A stretch of DNA of 64,000 nt from Candidatus Berkelbacteria bacterium (GTDB taxonomy: Bacteria > Patescibacteriota > UBA1384 > XYA2-FULL-43-10 > 1-14-0-10-43-13): contig JBAWZC010000002.1 of the NCBI GenBank assembly GCA_037143235.1, forward strand, positions 47,186 to 111,185, read 5' to 3'. Below are positions 1-9,243 of the stretch, in pieces. The notes beneath the pieces are model-generated. The model saw only the letters and a list, made by a program, of their open reading frames with translations. It did no database searches and had not been told where the DNA came from. Within the stretch, counting starts at the first letter, position 1. The number at the start of each line of letters is the position of its first letter. The translations under genes were made by a program, and so were the position numbers.

Positions 1-438
1 GTCAAATTGACAAGACATCGAAAAATCCGTTGGGCATTTTAGATCCAAAGCAGTGTCAGTGTTAAATACAAATTGATCATAGGTACTGCCATCTTTTTCA
101 AGTACAACTTTTTGAATCATATTATCAGTATCGATTGTCACTTGATCGGTCAAACAATTCAAATCATTGGATTTATATAATCTAGCGGCAGGCACAACAC
201 CTCCACCAGCATCAGGTGTTAGATTATCAAACCTCACTCCGTAGCATTTCACGCTACTATCAGCAGGATTTTTCGAAAGTGTATACGCCTGATTTATCAA
301 TTCTTTGACTTCGTCTGACTTCTGACGAAACGCTACATCTTTGCCAAACTGACTATATGCAGGTATGCCAATCCCTGCCATCAATCCGATGATAGCAATC
401 ACAACCAAAAGTTCAATTAGGGTATAAGCTTTTTGCAT
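1..438 (-). CDS. type IV pilin-like protein (N-terminus at 438; C-terminus runs off window start)
   Basis: The reverse strand reads MQKAYTLIELLVVIAIIGLMAGIG..., a prepilin leader plus hydrophobic N-terminal helix with Glu at +5. This ORF is not in the supplied track because it reaches the window edge. Confidence 0.6.
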   Translation of the reverse strand, partial: MQKAYTLIELLVVIAIIGLMAGIGIPAYSQFGKDVAFRQKSDEVKELINQAYTLSKNPADSSVKCYGVRFDNLTPDAGGGVVPAARLYKSNDLNCLTDQVTIDTDNMIQKVVLEKDGSTYDQFVFNTDTALDLKCPTDFSMSCQFD

Positions 439-461
439 AACGATATGGTATTCGTCTGTAA

Positions 462-1019
462 TTATTGACAAGTCGCAGTCTTCCAAAGAGGAAGATTATC
501 AAGCGGAACACTGTTCGGCTGTCCAGCATAGTAACACTTACCATTTGGCGAATTTCCCCCAGAGCCAGTCTCCAGAACTGTAAACAATAGATATGTAGTA
601 TAAAAGGTAGAAGACATCGGTTTATATATATATTTAAGCTTCCAGTCGTTAGATGTTGCGTTTTTATCTCTTTGGTCGACTGGAACGGGGCTTAAGTATT
701 TAGACAAAGAATCGTACAATGTGTGGTCTGTACCATTAGAACCCAGAGTTTTTTCTCCCTGAATATACTGATATTCACCAACGCCAGTGCCATAAAAATC
801 TCCTGCCGAAATAGTATCTAATTTGGGATAAGTCCCGTTTGCCTGTTTGTACATCTCTAACGCTGTGGAGATCTGATCGATATCAGCCTTGCGAGTATTA
901 TCTCGCACCTTTGCCTGTGCACCCGAAGCACTGTATACCACAATGCCGGCCAAGATACCGATGATGGCAATCACGATCATTAGTTCGATAAGCGTAAAAG
1001 CCCGTTTGTATAAATTCAT
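462..1019 (-). CDS. type IV pilin / pseudopilin family protein
   Basis: N-terminus MNLYKRA|FTLIELMIVIAIIGILAGIV is a class III signal peptide with Glu at +5. Size 185 aa. Confidence 0.75.
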   Translation of the reverse strand: MNLYKRAFTLIELMIVIAIIGILAGIVVYSASGAQAKVRDNTRKADIDQISTALEMYKQANGTYPKLDTISAGDFYGTGVGEYQYIQGEKTLGSNGTDHTLYDSLSKYLSPVPVDQRDKNATSNDWKLKYIYKPMSSTFYTTYLLFTVLETGSGGNSPNGKCYYAGQPNSVPLDNLPLWKTATCQ

Positions 1020-1094
1020 AACCCTCCCCGATAATAATTACTAATATTATATCACAATCAGTTGGTATAAATACAACAAACCGAAACTTTGGCT

Positions 1095-1180
1095 ACGAGC
1101 CCACGTAGATCAAGCTTTAGCTTGCTAGGCGGCACACGGTGAGCCGTAATCGACAATCCGTAGATCAAGCTTCAGCTTGT
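1095..1180. repeat. REP-like palindromic repeats (family A) flanking the RAYT gene
   Basis: Motifs gtagatcaagctttagcttgc, ggcggcacacggtgagccg and gtagatcaagcttcagcttg. Imperfect palindromes caagcNNNgcttg. Confidence 0.6.
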
Positions 1181-1184
1181 TTGC

Positions 1185-1730
1185 CTAAAAATCATCAGAA
1201 AACGCTTTAAAATCAACTACCGGATACTTTTCAAAACTATCGTTCATATATTCTTTACCCTTTTTCCTGACCCACTCGTCGTAACTGGAAAATTCATAGC
1301 TAAATTCCTTTGCAATCCCATGCTTGATTGGGTTTTGATGAATATAATTCAAATGTTTGAAAAAGTCTTCTTCGTCACGAATCACATGGTCGTAATAATT
1401 CCACCATATTTTACGATCAATTACAAAATCAGCTTTGTTGATCGACCGCGAGCTCGCGCCGTTTAACTCGGCAATAAACTTTTTAAGTGTCGATGCGTCT
1501 TTGACCTTTAACAATACATGGTAGTGATTGTGTAATATTGCATAAGCCAGTAGAGAATAATCGAACTTCTTGGTTTTTTCTTTGATAATATTCAGAAGCA
1601 AAGATTTATATTTGTCTGGCTGCAAAAACCACTGCGCATCGACGCATCTACTGGTTATGAAATAAATCGAATTATCATGGATGATGTGCTTAGGACGATT
1701 GGTAAAAGTTGGTTTATATTTCGGCTGCAT
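1185..1730 (-). CDS. rayT: REP-associated tyrosine transposase (IS200/IS605 Y1 transposase family, RAYT)
   Basis: 181 aa. The HuH motif AILHNHYHVLL plus a downstream catalytic Tyr region (WWNYYDHVIRDEEDF) are typical of TnpA_IS200/RAYT. REP palindromes flank it on both sides. Confidence 0.75.
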   Translation of the reverse strand: MQPKYKPTFTNRPKHIIHDNSIYFITSRCVDAQWFLQPDKYKSLLLNIIKEKTKKFDYSLLAYAILHNHYHVLLKVKDASTLKKFIAELNGASSRSINKADFVIDRKIWWNYYDHVIRDEEDFFKHLNYIHQNPIKHGIAKEFSYEFSSYDEWVRKKGKEYMNDSFEKYPVVDFKAFSDDF

Positions 1731-1749
1731 GGATTAATTTTATCACAAA

Positions 1750-1910
1750 CAAACTAAAGTTTGAGCTACATTTTCCCCGCAGCTCAAGCTTTAGCGTGCT
1801 GGGCGGCACACGGTGAACCGTGGTCTACCAGAGCGTACCGCACGCTTTAGCGTGTTTACAACAGCCTGAAGGCTGGGCTACGATCCGTATCTCACGCTTT
1901 AGCGTGCAAT
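1750..1910. repeat. cluster of REP-like palindromes (family A)
   Basis: agctcaagctttagcgtgctgggcggcacacggtgaaccg, cacgctttagcgtgt and cacgctttagcgtgc. The same units recur at 1095-1180, 12181-12270 and 26540-26640. Confidence 0.6.
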
Positions 1911-2665
1911 TAGAACATCGTATATCCCAAATACAAACCAACAATATAATTTCCCACAAGCAAAGAGATGAAGATAGCCAGCACGAGGAATGGCGCGAAG
2001 GGCACAGAGTCCTGCATCGACTTTCTCTTTAGACCCATCATAATCAGCCCGATAACGCTACCGAGCACAAAAGCCATTAACAATCCCAGCAAGATAACGC
2101 CAGATCCAAGCAAAAAACCCATAATGATGCCGATTTTGATATCACCAGATCCCATCCACTTGCCCTTTGATACCGTCACGATCGCTCCGAGAAATCCGCC
2201 GCCGATCAGACCACCTAGCAACATCTGCCAAACGTCAAAGCCGCCGGCCAAAAAACCAAACACTGAGAGTCCAAGAGCGATCCAAATAAATATTTCTGGT
2301 ACCTCCTCAGTCTTGATATCATGAATAACAGCCACCATCAAGATGGAAAATATGGCTGCATAGTAAAAAGTTGCAACATTTAATCCGAAAAAGTAATACA
2401 GGAGTACAAATACGGCGCCTGTGGATAACTCAACGACAGGATACTGCCACGAAATCGGTTTATTACAATATCTACACCTCGTTTTCAGAATAAAAAAAGA
2501 TAATACTGGTATCAAGTCGTACCACACCAGCTTCGTCTTGCAGTTTGGGCACTCTGAACGGCCAGTCAAGACCGACGCCAGATCATCAGTTCGCAAGACC
2601 AGAACATTTATAAAAGACCCGATAATTAGACCAAAAAGTGCAAATAGGATTAGATTTAATGTCAT
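1910..2665 (-). CDS. pilD: prepilin peptidase (A24 family)
   Basis: 251 aa. N-terminal CPNC...CRYC zinc motif, polytopic membrane profile and a GSGDIKIG motif (GGGDVKL-like). Confidence 0.8.
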   Translation of the reverse strand: MTLNLILFALFGLIIGSFINVLVLRTDDLASVLTGRSECPNCKTKLVWYDLIPVLSFFILKTRCRYCNKPISWQYPVVELSTGAVFVLLYYFFGLNVATFYYAAIFSILMVAVIHDIKTEEVPEIFIWIALGLSVFGFLAGGFDVWQMLLGGLIGGGFLGAIVTVSKGKWMGSGDIKIGIIMGFLLGSGVILLGLLMAFVLGSVIGLIMMGLKRKSMQDSVPFAPFLVLAIFISLLVGNYIVGLYLGYTMF

Positions 2666-2711
2666 ATAATTATTATATCAAAACAAATCATTTTCTACAT
2701 TTCTAAATTAA

Positions 2712-2741
2712 AAAAGCGGAAGTCGCAACTTCCGCTTTTTT
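2712..2741. terminator. bidirectional intrinsic terminator hairpin
   Basis: aaaaagcggaagtcgcaacttccgcttttttt: perfect 10-bp stem, A-tract on one side and T-tract on the other, between pilD and the pilin gene. Confidence 0.7.
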
Positions 2742-2749
2742 TGTAGCAT

Positions 2750-3175
2750 TTAATTGGCTACACAACTTGTTGCGGTACATTTAATACCACCAGTGCTGCC
2801 AATAGTAATCGAAACTATTGCACCAGAGTTAATATTCATCGCAGATGGCTTGTTAAGATTATTTTTAAACAAAGCAGAATCTGGCCATGAACCAGTTATG
2901 GTAGTGCTTGGTGCCAATGTACCAGTAGAGTTTTTAACACAGACTGAAGTACCAGCGGCTGGATAAATAGTCATAGGTCTTAGATACTCACCCGCGGCCA
3001 AACATTGTTGAGCCAGCTTTACAGCATTATCCAAATTAGCCGCATCGGTGGTATTTTTAGCTTTGGTTGATGCCCCAGCTGACGAATAAATCACTACACC
3101 TGCCAAGATGCCGATGATGGCGATGACAATCAAAAGCTCGATCAAGGTAAAACCCTTTTTAATTCCTTTTAACAT
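2750..3175 (-). CDS. type IV pilin (candidate major pilin)
   Basis: MLKGIKKG|FTLIELLIVIAIIGILAGVV is a canonical G-1/F+1/E+5 prepilin leader. 141 aa with paired C-terminal Cys (disulfide loop). Confidence 0.8.
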   Translation of the reverse strand: MLKGIKKGFTLIELLIVIAIIGILAGVVIYSSAGASTKAKNTTDAANLDNAVKLAQQCLAAGEYLRPMTIYPAAGTSVCVKNSTGTLAPSTTITGSWPDSALFKNNLNKPSAMNINSGAIVSITIGSTGGIKCTATSCVAN

Positions 3176-3458
3176 ATTCCCTCCTAATTATAATTCGGTT
3201 TATTGTTACTTCTCGATTCGCGGACTCACTCGAAGAATAAAATGCTTACGATAAAGAATTTATTGTACGAGCCTGTCGAGAACCGACCACTTATTTTACT
3301 TCCCTTTTAATTTGCTTGCTCTCTGATCGACCAGCCAGAGAAGCAAAATATCTATAATAATATTATATATTCTATTACCACATCAGTGCAAGAGCACAGA
3401 TGAAATTTCTAAATTTCCAATTTCTCAATCAAACGATCAACCAAATAAATAATCTTGA

Positions 3459-4688
3459 TTACGCTCCCGCGCTGCCGGCAATACTGTATATGGGCAACAA
3501 GATAGAAAAGACGAGAAACGCCACCGCAGCACCGATGATAACCAAGACGACAGGCTCTACGAGAGTACTAATAATCTTGATATTCTCCTCTGAATTCTCT
3601 TCGTAATAAATGGCTACTTTATCTAAGATCTTGCCAAGCTCACCCGTTTCTTCACCAACAGACATCATCTGTGACAAAAGTACTGGAAAAACAGGGTCCT
3701 TGGACATCTGCACAGATAGCGGCACACCTTTTTCGACTTGTTGCGACGCAAGCACGATCGCCTCTTCGTAAATAACATTGTTCATAATAGTCGCACCGAT
3801 CTTCAAAGCATCTAACAGAGGTACGCCAGCCTCAATCAGCATCGCCATCACTCGAGAGAACCTTGTCATCGCTACATTTTCCGTCATCTGACGAAGTCCT
3901 GGCATCTCGAGCTCAAACCTATTCCACCACCTAGCCCCAGACTCAGACGAGAGCCAGAAACGAACCAAAAGAAATATAACCAATAGACCAAGAATCACTA
4001 CCCACCAATACGAAGCCATAAAGCCGGACATCGCCAGCAAGATCTGAGTTGAGATCGGCAAAGCCTTGCCAGACTGTTCGAAAACGGTCGCTAACTTTGG
4101 CACGACCGATGCCATCATATAAGTACCAATCAGGAGCATAACGATCAAGATAAAGGCAGGATAGTAAAGTGCACCACGAACCTTGGACATAAAGTTGTGA
4201 TCAGCCTCGAGTTTCTTGGATAACTGATCAAGTACCACATCAAGCTTACCAGTGCTTTCACCAGAAGCAACGATGCTGATATAAAGTCGATCAAAAACAT
4301 CCGGATGTTTTGCGAGTGCGCCAGAAAGATTGAAACCTTCTTCCAGGTCCTTATAGACTTCCAGAAAAATACTCTTTAGATATGGTTTTGCCGCCTGAGC
4401 TGCCAACATACTGATTGCTTTGGTCAGAGAGATACCAGAAGACAACATCGTTGCCAACTGACGAGAGAATACGGCTTTTTCCTTGACAGAGACAGTCGGC
4501 TTGAACCAATTGTCGACTTTCAATATCTTGTGCTCGAGCATCATATTGACCGGCACTAGATTGTGTCGTATTAATACACTCTCAGCGAGAGACTGATTTT
4601 CAGCGCTGACTGAGCCAGTAACTATTTCACCCTGCTCGTTTTTTGCTTTGTATAAAAACTTTGTCATAACTATCCTCCATGGTTTCAT
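3459..4688 (-). CDS. pilC: type IV pilus inner-membrane platform protein PilC (GspF family)
   Basis: 409 aa with two T2SSF-like repeats and three TM segments. Syntenic with pilT and pilB. Confidence 0.8.
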   Translation of the reverse strand: MKPWRIVMTKFLYKAKNEQGEIVTGSVSAENQSLAESVLIRHNLVPVNMMLEHKILKVDNWFKPTVSVKEKAVFSRQLATMLSSGISLTKAISMLAAQAAKPYLKSIFLEVYKDLEEGFNLSGALAKHPDVFDRLYISIVASGESTGKLDVVLDQLSKKLEADHNFMSKVRGALYYPAFILIVMLLIGTYMMASVVPKLATVFEQSGKALPISTQILLAMSGFMASYWWVVILGLLVIFLLVRFWLSSESGARWWNRFELEMPGLRQMTENVAMTRFSRVMAMLIEAGVPLLDALKIGATIMNNVIYEEAIVLASQQVEKGVPLSVQMSKDPVFPVLLSQMMSVGEETGELGKILDKVAIYYEENSEENIKIISTLVEPVVLVIIGAAVAFLVFSILLPIYSIAGSAGA

Positions 4689-4873
4689 CTATTATTATAT
4701 GACCATTTGGAAACCAATGCAATAAAACAAATTTAATCATTTGGTCATTTACTCATTTTTCAATTCAATTTTCAAATGATTAAATATCTAAATCAATGGC
4801 TAAATGGATAAATAATCAAATGAATAGATAATACACTAACTAAATGATTAATTGATTAAATGATTAAATCTCC

Positions 4874-5953
4874 CTAGTACACCATCATCTTGAACGCTTT
4901 GGGGTCGAGTGAATAATTCAAAGCATCCTCGAGAGTGATATCACCTCGTGAAACATACTCGGCCAGAACTTTATCCAGACTAATCATACCTTCGGCCGCG
5001 GAAGTCTGAATGATATTTGGAATCTGGAAATTCTTGCCTTCACGAATCAAGCTCTTAACGGCTGTATTTGCCATCATTATCTCCGCTGCAAGTACTCGAC
5101 CACCATTTATCTTCGGGATCAGACGCTGCGAAACAACCCCGAGCAAGACAGAAGCCAATTGCGAGGCAACCTGCTGTTGTAGATGAGGCGGGAATATATT
5201 GATAATACGGTCAGCTGTTTGCGCTGAAGAGTTGGTGTGCAAAGTGGTGAAGACCAAGTGGCCAGTCTCAGCCAGGTTCAGTGCAGCCTCAACAGTCTCA
5301 AGATCGCGCATCTCACCGACCATGACGACATCTGGATCTTCGCGCATCGCAGATCGCAAGGCTCGAGAAAATGTTTCCGTATCAGAACCAACTTCACGCT
5401 GGGAGATGACGCTTTGTTTATTTTCAAAAACATATTCGATCGGATCTTCAATCGTAATGATATGCTTGCGCTTTTCGCTATTGATCTTGTCAATCATAGC
5501 CGCCAAGGTTGTGGATTTACCTGAGCCGGTAGGGCCAGTAATAATCACAAAACCCTGATTATGCTCGGTGAATTTCTCCAAGATAGGTGGCAAACCGAGA
5601 TCGCCAAACTGGCGAATTTCTTTCGGAATAATACGCAAAGAAGCAGCTACTGTCCCCTTTTGATAGTAGATGTTAGCACGAAATCTCATCGCCTTGTAAC
5701 CAAACGAAAAATCGACATCCTTGCTGCGCTTCAGACGGATGAGCAACTCAGGCGGAGTGAAGGAACCAACAATTTTCTCAGCTCCAGCGAGGTCAACATC
5801 AGGAGAGTCTGGTATCGACATCAAATTGCCGTCAATACGGACGGTTATTGGTAGGCCGACAGAGACATGAATATCAGAAGCATTATGCTCGATCGCATAA
5901 TCCAAATATTTAGCAAAACCGTTTCCAGTTACTTCAGCCACAATCCCCTCCAA
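4874..5953 (-). CDS. pilT: twitching-motility retraction ATPase PilT
   Basis: 359 aa. Walker A GPTGSGKST, Walker B/Asp box DPDVVMVGEMRD, His box. Lacks the N-terminal GspE_N extension, which fits the PilT length. Confidence 0.8.
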   Translation of the reverse strand: MEGIVAEVTGNGFAKYLDYAIEHNASDIHVSVGLPITVRIDGNLMSIPDSPDVDLAGAEKIVGSFTPPELLIRLKRSKDVDFSFGYKAMRFRANIYYQKGTVAASLRIIPKEIRQFGDLGLPPILEKFTEHNQGFVIITGPTGSGKSTTLAAMIDKINSEKRKHIITIEDPIEYVFENKQSVISQREVGSDTETFSRALRSAMREDPDVVMVGEMRDLETVEAALNLAETGHLVFTTLHTNSSAQTADRIINIFPPHLQQQVASQLASVLLGVVSQRLIPKINGGRVLAAEIMMANTAVKSLIREGKNFQIPNIIQTSAAEGMISLDKVLAEYVSRGDITLEDALNYSLDPKAFKMMVY

Positions 5954-6210
5954 AGCGTCATTAATTCAATATAAAAGTAATTGTTTGACCCTTCCGTAGC
6001 TCGAAGAGCGAAGGAGGGCTTAATTCAATTTGCAAGTCTGTTCTCCACAAGGTCGAACCATAACTTTTTATTCTTCGAGCGAGTCTGACGAGTCGAGAAG
6101 TCCAACTCTGTTCTCGATCCATAAACACCATTTCTGTCTATATATATTCTACTCGAATAGCACTGCACAAGCAAACTATTGGCCTGCAACCGTTTACATA
6201 CAACCACAGA

Positions 6211-8925
6211 TTACACCACTGGAGCATCCTCGCTCTTGTTTTCGACAACAGCTTGAAATATTTCATCGATAGTCGTCTCGCCAGCAAAAGCTTTCAATAT
6301 CCCATCTTGCCGCATCGTCAACATCCCATTTTTGATCGACTGTTCCTTGATCTCGTTTGCTGGCCTTTTCCCGATTGCCAACTCTTCGATCTCGGGAGTT
6401 ATCTTCATCACCTCATATATGCCCAATCGTCCTTTAAATCCATTGTTACACTCGTCACAACCCTTGCCATAATAGAGTTTCCACTCTTTCGGAAATCGAG
6501 CCCTGTCCTCAACGTTTTGTGGTGAAATTTTGTCTAACTCGCCCTTGATCTGTTCCATTAGCTTCTCAGGAACTTTCATCTCCTGCTTACATTTCGGACA
6601 GATACGACGCACTAGACGCTGTGCGATAATCAAATTAATCGCCGAAGTAATCAAAAATGGTTCTATGCCCATATTGATCAAGCGTGGTAGGGCTCCAGCA
6701 GTATCATTTGTATGTAAAGTCGAAAGCACTAGGTGGCCAGTCAATGCAGCGTGTGTAGCCATATTTGCAGTCTCAGAGTCACGAATCTCACCAACCATAA
6801 TAATATTCGGGTCTTGTCGCAAAACGCTGCGAAGACCAGAAGCAAAGGTAAAACCAATCTCCGGCTTGACCTGACACTGGTTTATGCCAGCAATTTCGTA
6901 TTCAACAGGATCTTCAAGCGTAATTACATTCACCCCAGGGACGCTAATGCGGTTTAGAATAGCGTAAAGAGTTGTTGATTTACCCGAACCCGTCGGACCA
7001 GTCGCAAGAATGACCCCAAAAGGCTTACCAATCGCCTCTACCGTATCTTTCTGCGCTGTCCCCATCACCCCAAGATCTTCGAGGGAAAGAATGCTCTGAC
7101 TTTTATCCAAGATCCTCATCACTACTTTTTCACCATGAACGGTCGGCAAGGTCGAAACACGCACATCGACTTCTCTCTTGTTGAAAACAACATCGAAACG
7201 GCCATCTTGCGGAATTCTCATCTCATCAATTTTGAGCTTGGAAAGAATCTTGATACGACTGACAAAGGGCGGATGAAACGATAGAGGGAGATCAAGCGCC
7301 TCTTTCATCACACCATCAACACGACACCTGATACGCAGAGACTTCACCAGAGGCTCAACATGAATATCCGAGGCTCGCGTTGTCAAGGCATAGTTTATAA
7401 CCGAAGCAACAATCTTGGGGATATAGCCACCTTTGCAAGACTCAGCCAGCATCTTTTCGTCCCTGATATCTTCTTTGACCAAAGATCCGATATCTTCATT
7501 TGCAAGGCCAGAGGCATCGCGAGCCTGCGACTCAGTGTCCAAGATTTGAGGCGCAGACGAAACAGCTGTATCTTCAACTTTCGCAGGCTGATCAGCTTGA
7601 CTAGTCAACAGACCACCATTTTGATTTATTTTCTGATCATTTTCAGTTGATCCCTGTTCTATTCCTTCTGACTCCTGCTTGCCCCGCGTAGCCTCGGCGG
7701 AGTGGGGATTACCAGACTTATCCACAGATTCTAGTTTTTGTTTACCAGACTTATTATTATCAGAATTATCAACCAAATCACTAGTCCCATTTTCAATATT
7801 GGTAACTTTAATACCAGCCGCCTGCAAACTTTCTTTGTCGCCGGCTCGAATACCCTCAGCAATCTGATCACGCTTTTGCTGCTGCGAAGGATCTATTGCA
7901 AGAGTATTTTTTATTTGATCGTCTTTTTTCGGAGTCGATATATCATCGATCGTCATCTCTGCTCTTTCGTTGACACCGAGCAAGCTTCCAACCATACTCT
8001 TAAATGACACCGCATCGCCACCCTTCGGTGCACTTTCTACCATAGGAGGGCTACTTGTCTCAACTTTTTCAATCTTATCAACCGTAAAATCAGGCAGATT
8101 TTGAATTGACTCACCCTTCTGCACAGTTTTTGATTCTGGGGACTGACTCAATTCCTTCAGTTTTGTTACCACAAAATCAATATCAGACCTAGATGTCGCA
8201 AAGAGCTCAACCTTAATATTATTTTCCTGACGTAATGACTGAACTATTTTCAAGGTTCTAGCATCATCAGGTTTCTCGCAAGCCAATAAATATTCTCCTG
8301 CTTGGTTTTGACCAATGACGACCACACGATTCTTTTCAATGAAATCCAAAGGCAATTTGTGAATATATTTCTCTGCAATCGCTTGATTTTGCAGGTACAC
8401 CACCGGCAAACTACCTTTTTTCAGTAAAGACTTGTTAGATTTTGGGGGGCGATATTGTTTTACGGCTTCGCTAAAATCAGTTTCACCCGTGACAAATAAT
8501 TCAATCTCGACTCCTTTTTTGTCAAAGAAATCGAGCAAACCAGTCTTGAAACCAACTAGCATATCTGCTGGATGAGCGACGGCTAGGCGAAGCAAGTTGT
8601 CAGTAAACGCAAAAGGTATTGCACCATATTTTCTGGAAATATTCTCGGGAAATATTTTCCTCGCCTCCACAGGGATCAAAACATTTTTCAGCTCGATATA
8701 AGGTAATTTAAGTAAAATACCATAGGCTTTGTTGATCGAGTCACGGGTCACTAGATTATTTTTTACCAAAAAGGTCTCAAGTTCGCGGTTGGTCTTGAAC
8801 ATCGTTCGCAAAGTGGATGCATCGTCCTGATCAATCACATTTTGCAACACAAAAACATCCAAAATAGACTGTGTTGACACAGCCTGCGGCAGATATCTTA
8901 AATTTGATTTGACAATATCGGCCAT
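6211..8925 (-). CDS. pilB: type IV pilus assembly ATPase PilB/GspE with an unusually long acidic low-complexity insert
   Basis: 904 aa. The C-terminal ~420 aa hold Walker A GPTGSGKST, a His box and the tetracysteine CPKC...CDEC. The N-terminal MshEN-like region is followed by a ~220-aa Ser/Glu/Asp/Gln-rich segment. Confidence 0.8.
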   Translation of the reverse strand: MADIVKSNLRYLPQAVSTQSILDVFVLQNVIDQDDASTLRTMFKTNRELETFLVKNNLVTRDSINKAYGILLKLPYIELKNVLIPVEARKIFPENISRKYGAIPFAFTDNLLRLAVAHPADMLVGFKTGLLDFFDKKGVEIELFVTGETDFSEAVKQYRPPKSNKSLLKKGSLPVVYLQNQAIAEKYIHKLPLDFIEKNRVVVIGQNQAGEYLLACEKPDDARTLKIVQSLRQENNIKVELFATSRSDIDFVVTKLKELSQSPESKTVQKGESIQNLPDFTVDKIEKVETSSPPMVESAPKGGDAVSFKSMVGSLLGVNERAEMTIDDISTPKKDDQIKNTLAIDPSQQQKRDQIAEGIRAGDKESLQAAGIKVTNIENGTSDLVDNSDNNKSGKQKLESVDKSGNPHSAEATRGKQESEGIEQGSTENDQKINQNGGLLTSQADQPAKVEDTAVSSAPQILDTESQARDASGLANEDIGSLVKEDIRDEKMLAESCKGGYIPKIVASVINYALTTRASDIHVEPLVKSLRIRCRVDGVMKEALDLPLSFHPPFVSRIKILSKLKIDEMRIPQDGRFDVVFNKREVDVRVSTLPTVHGEKVVMRILDKSQSILSLEDLGVMGTAQKDTVEAIGKPFGVILATGPTGSGKSTTLYAILNRISVPGVNVITLEDPVEYEIAGINQCQVKPEIGFTFASGLRSVLRQDPNIIMVGEIRDSETANMATHAALTGHLVLSTLHTNDTAGALPRLINMGIEPFLITSAINLIIAQRLVRRICPKCKQEMKVPEKLMEQIKGELDKISPQNVEDRARFPKEWKLYYGKGCDECNNGFKGRLGIYEVMKITPEIEELAIGKRPANEIKEQSIKNGMLTMRQDGILKAFAGETTIDEIFQAVVENKSEDAPVV

Positions 8926-8998
8926 CCCCTCCCGAACATCATTAATTCAATATACAAGTCAGTTCTCGGAATAACGAACGTTTCTTCCATTATTTTTT

Positions 8999-9178
8999 GT
9001 CATTGCGAGGAGTCTGCGACGAAGCAATCTATCATTTAGTCTATTCTCGACAAGCTCGAACCATAACCGTTTACTCTTCAAAAAATGAAAAATGATCTTT
9101 GGAACAAATCTTGCTAGCTGAGAAGTAATGATAGATTGCCACGAGCCGAACGAACAGATCGGCTCTCGCAATGACAAG
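8999..9178. mobile_element. MITE-like element with ~40-nt terminal inverted repeats (TGTCATTGCGAG ... CAATCTATCATT)
   Basis: Left arm tgtcattgcgaggagtctgcgacgaagcaatctatcatt. The right arm is its inverted counterpart, aatgatagattgccacgagccgaacgaacagatcggctctcgcaatgaca. A solo arm lies at 12271-12312. Confidence 0.5.
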
Positions 9179-9243
9179 CATTTATTACTCTTCGAGCGAG
9201 TTCCCGAGTCGAGAAGTAACCAATCCAAAAGAAACAACCAAAT

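Noticed and set aside
1968-2669. ORFs 1968..2324(+), 2421..2669(+) and 2754..2966(+) antisense to pilD and the pilin gene
   Set aside because: Fully embedded antisense in well-supported genes, low-complexity translations and no RBS or motifs. Treated as spurious.
5199-5854. Cluster of antisense ORFs inside pilT (5199..5558, 5237..5524, 5278..5493, 5561..5854)
   Set aside because: They overlap a strongly supported ATPase gene with no conserved motifs. These are typical shadow ORFs.
6253-8007. Several + strand ORFs (6253..6525, 6530..6874, 7360..7650, 7738..8007) inside pilB
   Set aside because: Shadow ORFs of the 904-aa pilB gene.
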